Assembly (NCBI GenBank): GCA_051362555.1
Contig: CM120642.1
Coordinates: 16,802,001-16,866,000 of the forward strand
Length of the DNA stretch: 64,000 bases
Reading direction: 5' to 3'
Source of the DNA: Lingula anatina
Taxonomy: Eukaryota > Animalia > Brachiopoda
The notes beneath the pieces are model-generated. The model saw only the letters and a program-made list of their open reading frames with translations. It made no database searches and was not told where the DNA came from. Below are positions 59,701 through 64,000 of this stretch, piece by piece (the stretch's first letter is position 1; each line of letters opens with the position of its first letter). Made by a program: the position numbers and the translations under genes.

Positions 59701-62700
59701 CTTTTAATTATGTATGCATGTCAAGAAGCCTTTTTTTTCACATCACGCGTTTACAAAAATTTCCTTTTGTGCATTTTTGGGCAAAGCTCAAGTTATGTTG
59801 AAACCATTTGTTTCATGCAAGTCATGCATCTGCCATTAGTATTAGGTAAAGTGTTCTATCTTTTGAAGAAGGCCTTGTTTTAAAAAAAGATGTGTTTTAT
59901 TGAAGGAAGGACAAAATGTCTTAGACTTTAGTAAAGAGAAGTAATGCATTTATGTCGAACGTATGCCTCTTTATTCATGTAGCAATTTTTTTATCTCTAA
60001 GTGGCATTTAAAATAATTTTATTAAGCATTTGATGTATTTTACATTCATTGGCTATCTGAACTACAAATTCAAAGTATTTAATAGTGGTATTTATTGTTT
60101 TACATTTTGTTAAAGGAACACCCTATTAAATTTGTTATTGCATGAATTCTTTTTTTTTTTTCACCCTGTAGCCTGTGGCAGGAGGAGGGACTCCCACTGT
60201 ATCCAGTCCAACTTCCAGTACCAGTAATGTGCCCAAAAAGTCTCAGGCTTCAGCCGTGGGGACACAGACCACTCCACCTCAACAGCAACCAGCCCCAGCC
60301 CCAGCCCCAGCACCAGAGGTGCCCCAGCAACAGACCCCCGTGAAGGAGCAGCCAGAGAAGGAAGTTGACAACAGCCCTATTGCCCGGGAGACACAGACTG
60401 GGTCGTCACAGAGTGATTCTGGGGGAGAGGACGAGGGGAAAGAAAGTTCAGATGGGAATAAATCGACTCCCAAATCTAGAGCTAAAAAGGGTAGGGTTTG
60501 GTGTACCACTTACATTGAGGGTTCTTTTGTCGCTTTTTTCATTCTTACCCCATCTCTTTATTTCTTTTTCCACAGTCAATACTTCAGAGGAAAATTCCAG
60601 GGAGTAGTTTGGAAGTGTATGTCACCATTATTTACAGCTCTGCAGCTTCTTGGGATTTTGCTGCCTAAAATTGTGGCAAACTTTATCCGTCCAAAAATAA
60701 AATAAAACCTTTGATTTATGACTGTTTGATGATCTGTGGTACTTTATTTGGACAAAGCTGGGAGAATTAATCACTTCTATCTTGAAACCTCTATAATAGA
60801 TGTCATCATTTGAAAGGAACTCAAACTTAATTTATATCAGCTTGAAATATGAAATAAAAATTGGGGAAAGTTATGTTTGAGGCATAACAAAATCTGAGAG
60901 TTTTATTGTAATGCCGCATGTCTTTAGGATATTAGTCTGAGAAAGCAGGAAAGATTGCAAAATTGATATGTTATAATTTGATTTGGGGTTTGTGCTGAAA
61001 AATTGGTATGAAGTATATTCAATCCCTGCCCCCCCCCCCCCCCTTTTTTTTTTTTTTCATCAATAAGGCCATTGCTTTTGAGAACCGCTCAAGCTCAGAG
61101 ATGGTCAAGCTCCCACACTGAATTAATGACCACTTCACCTTTGTGGTATTCAGGCACCACTTACTCTGCCTGTTTGTGAGAGCCCCGGCAGCTGACCTAA
61201 GCCATCTTTCATGATATACCTCTTGGTACTCATAAAGGTGGATTAATACAATAGCAAAACTTATCTGTGTGACATATGTATTTGGTTGAATGTGCCTAGT
61301 GTGAGAGATGCTTTAATTGATGTGTTTTTCATTCAATATAATTTGAGTAAAACATTTTGGACCTTGGAAAATTCCCATTTTTCACAGCATGGAAAACAAC
61401 ATTCTCAGCATTCCCATGCTCCCGTGCTCTGAAAAGTCAAAGACCATGGGGCAGATCAGATAAACGTTTTCATGTTTTTTTTTTTTTTTTTTTTTTTTTT
61501 GTAAAAGCTGCTACAATCTTATATTTTTCACAATCCTTTAATAACTGTTATTGCCTAACTCAAAGATGAACTGTCATGAATATTTCTTTGATTATCATCT
61601 TCATGGAATTTGAAAAGAATTATGCATTGTATGTTGGATATGAAATATATGAAAGGGATGGAATAAGTAGTACTTACAATAATTTCTACTAAATGATAAT
61701 GAAGAGAGATTTTGTTGGTGTCCCCATAATTTTCCATGAATCAAATGTAGTTCTAATTGTAAACTCAAAATGCCCTTGAATGTAATTTTTATACCGATTT
61801 TTTTTCTTTTCTTTATGTTGAGAGTCATGGATTCATTTTCATTTTTGTATGAGAATGAAATCCGTATGGAGAGGTGACAATTTCTTCACTTTATACAAGT
61901 GTGAAGTGGCTTTAGGATATTAAAGGGATAACAACTCTAAATATATGAGACTCGAAACTCCACAATAAATACATTGTAAACAACTCAGAGAAATGTGATA
62001 AAATCCATTTTGCCACCAAAATGGCAGTTATCGCAAACATTCAGAAATCTGTGCTTGCCATCGGACCATGGACCATTCATAGATGGCTAACCCCTTTAAT
62101 AATCTCTTAAGAGATTACTACAAAAACACATAGGAAAATTGTTGTTTACCGCAAGAAAATTCATTTTTATGGCATTATTCCTACCAAAATGAAGAGTTGT
62201 TATCCCTTTAATGCAGGTATTCTCTAAGTATGAGACGCGAGTCCCATGCATGGTCTTCTCAATTTAAAATGTTCAATTTCAACCCCTATCTACAAAGGAG
62301 AAATGTCAGTAGTAGCAGTCACAAATTTTTAAAGACGTATATTATATATAATAATATAATAATAGGATGGTGGAAATTGGTGTTTATAACTAAAACCTTG
62401 TGTGGTATTGCTTGATTTTCTCAATACCTAATAGTCAGTAGTAGCAGTCACAAATTTTTAAAGACGTATATTATATATAATAATATAATAATAGGATGGT
62501 GGAAATTGGTGTTTATAACTAAAACCTTGTGTGGTATTGCTTGATTTTCTCAATACCTAATACTTATTTTTAATTGCACATTTTTTCTTTTCTTCAAACA
62601 TTTTGAATATCATTTACACAGGACCTTTTTCCATTATGATAGTGGGGGTTTTCTTGTATGCTTACTAAAATGCACACATGAGTTGTTAATTTAAATTTGT

Positions 62701-63955
62701 ATTTATTTCTTTGACAGGATCCAAACAAAAGTGGGTCCCCTTAGATATTGAACCGCCTCGAATGGAGCGTGGCCACAAAACAAAGAGCCGAAGCACCAGC
62801 GATATAACAGAAACACGACGGGATGCACCACGAGGAAGGCGTTATGAACGAGGTCGGCCAGAGAGAGGCCGAGGAGGGGAACATAAGAGCTCTCCCAGAG
62901 GAAGAGGTAAAAAATGGACTTGATTTGAAATCTGCATGAAGTTTTCAATCCATTTATCACTTAGTAAAACTAGTGATATTAGTGATATTAGTTTTAATTA
63001 TTTGGTTTAAAAAATCCAAATAATTGTATATGTTAGTCTTTGTCTCAACTTTTAACACAGGATTGATAATTTCTTTCATTTTTGACTTGACCTTTTAAAG
63101 GTCAATTGTTTATCAATGAACAAAGTGCTGAGAGACTATTTACTTAACTTGGCACATTCCATTAAATAAAAAAACTTCTTGTAGGATCTGACTCTTCCAA
63201 CTGGCGGGATAGCATGCATCCACCCAGCCCTCGCGACCATAGAGGGGGCTATAGAGGGCGTGGACGTGGAAGAGGCCGTGGACGTGGTCGGGGAAGAACC
63301 AGATCGGAATATTTGTGTAAGTTCTTGCCCTCATCAAAACTTGATCGTGGTTCATCACTGACTTATTCCTCCACCGTTGACAAATACATCTACTAGGCAT
63401 AATTTTTAATAAGGAGAAATGGGTATTTATAGGAAGTACTCCTAGGAGAAATTGGCACATATGTACTTGATGTGTGTGATTTTGTTCCAAATCAGAGATG
63501 ACCTAGTTGATGTGAAAGGCACTTTTAAGTAAACAGGCTTATCTTTCCTGGATCAGAAGAGTGGTTTTCAACTTTATCTCACAGTGGACTGATTCCCATT
63601 CCTAATCTGATTACTGCCTCTTAGTCACAGTTTTGATATACTGTGTCACATGTAACAGAAAATGGACACAGAGGTAGATATTTCTGAAAAAGATTTCACA
63701 TCTTAAGAAGCCTAAGAATTTTTCCAGAAAATGTCTTAAGTAAGTCCTTGCTGATATTGCAATCAAATCTCATTTCATTTCAGACACAGACCATGGAGGC
63801 GAGCAATATTACTTTGCCAATGACGAGGCCTATTATATAGACCCCACTGCATATAGGGCAACTGCATATAGTGGTCCCGTTTTCTTTAATACCATGCTTG
63901 GTGTAACACCAGCCGTGGATGATGGAACTCTTAGTGATTATATCAAGAAGCAAAT
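41537..63955 (+). CDS. LARP1: La-related protein 1 (5' partial; continues beyond the window)
   Basis: Phase-compatible exons 41537-42041 (FVEAPIPKTNPWTK), 52369-52439, 58033-58077 (DFSDATQWPSL), 60172-60490, 62718-62906 (GSKQKWVPLDI), 63185-63316 (RG repeats) and 63784-63955 (LSDYIKKQI, start of the La motif). All are hallmark LARP1-family motifs. Confidence 0.92.
44690..45362. mobile_element. Kolobok-like non-autonomous element (long subfamily)
   Basis: TTAA-flanked with TIR AGTCATAATAACTCTTC; paralogous to 31549-32172. Confidence 0.8.
45829..46792. mobile_element. 964-bp non-autonomous DNA transposon with ~100-bp TIRs and a 5-bp TSD
   Basis: ACAAT|CAGGCCTTCCCAACTACCAGACTCGGCACCTACGGGTCCAG...CTGGACCCGTAGGTGCCGAGTCTGGTAGTTGGGAAGGCCTG|ACAAT. 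Confidence 0.9.
51365..51664. mobile_element. Fold-back MITE (near-complete 300-bp palindrome), Harbinger-like
   Basis: GGACGCATTCACATCGAGTTGAGCCATGG...CCATGGCTCAACTCGATGTGAATGCGGCC, flanked by ATA. Confidence 0.85.
51668..51840. mobile_element. Second MITE abutting the first
   Basis: GGCCCCATTCAGAATAGGGGACT...AGTCCCCTATTCTGAATGAGGTC, flanked by ATA. Confidence 0.8.
53683..57235 (-). mobile_element. ~3.5-kb Helentron/HINE-like element with a 161-bp satellite (53790-54420) and ~338-bp tandem repeats (54970-55900)
   Basis: Reverse complement of the family at 1-776 and 21040-24443; terminal hairpin at 53684-53709 and a GTCGCC microsatellite. Confidence 0.75.
56818..57068 (+). mobile_element. 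HINE/DINE-1-like element nested in the larger element
   Basis: TTACCTC...GCCAAGGAGGTCATATTTTCAC...CCTTGGCAGAGGTCTGCACTCTCAAAGTGCTTTCTAG: subterminal inverted repeat, short hairpin and CTAG end. Confidence 0.65.
58231..58493. mobile_element. Kolobok-like MITE
   Basis: AGGGGTAACAACT...AGTTGTTATCCCT|TTAA. Confidence 0.7.
61924..62207. mobile_element. Kolobok-like MITE
   Basis: TTAA|AGGGATAACAACTCT...AGAGTTGTTATCCCT|TTAA. Confidence 0.8.
62305..62562. repeat. Two-copy 129-bp tandem duplication
   Basis: GTCAGTAGTAGCAGTCACAAATTTTTAAAGACG occurs at 62305 and 62434. Confidence 0.9.
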
Positions 63956-64000
63956 GTGAGTTTTTTTTTTTTTTTTTTTCTTAAGCATCCTGCATTTTGT

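Noticed and set aside
61060-61205. Possible snoRNA or SINE in a LARP1 intron
   Set aside because: It is a GC-richer island, but I could not identify convincing C/D, H/ACA or Pol III A/B boxes.

Overview
AT-rich, intron-rich animal genomic DNA (probably an invertebrate; the taxon cannot be fixed from sequence alone). Four genes were reconstructed by hand from splice sites and protein motifs. (1) A minus-strand aromatic-L-amino-acid decarboxylase (DDC-like) locus (8856 to 809, running off the window) looks like a pseudogene: it has frameshifts, an in-frame stop and a MITE inside the PLP-lysine exon. (2) An intact 5-exon stand-alone Maf-type nucleotide pyrophosphatase lies on the minus strand (30810-24695). 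(3) An intact 11-coding-exon ABHD18 lies on the plus strand (32913-39744) and has a U12 AT-AC intron. (4) The 5' half of LARP1 lies on the plus strand (41537 to beyond 63955). The most unusual region is ~11.5-17.35 kb: a TATA-driven, minus-strand, apparently non-coding spliced unit built from 14 tandem copies of a 52-nt exon plus ~78-nt GT-AG intron, followed by an exon carrying a 52-bp minisatellite. There is also an orphan terminal exon of dihydrolipoamide dehydrogenase (20665-20730) and many non-autonomous DNA transposons (Helentron-like with 161-bp satellites, TTAA Kolobok-like, CAGG-ended with 5-bp TSD, Harbinger-like fold-backs). All calls are from manual reading and recalled homology; no database searches were run.
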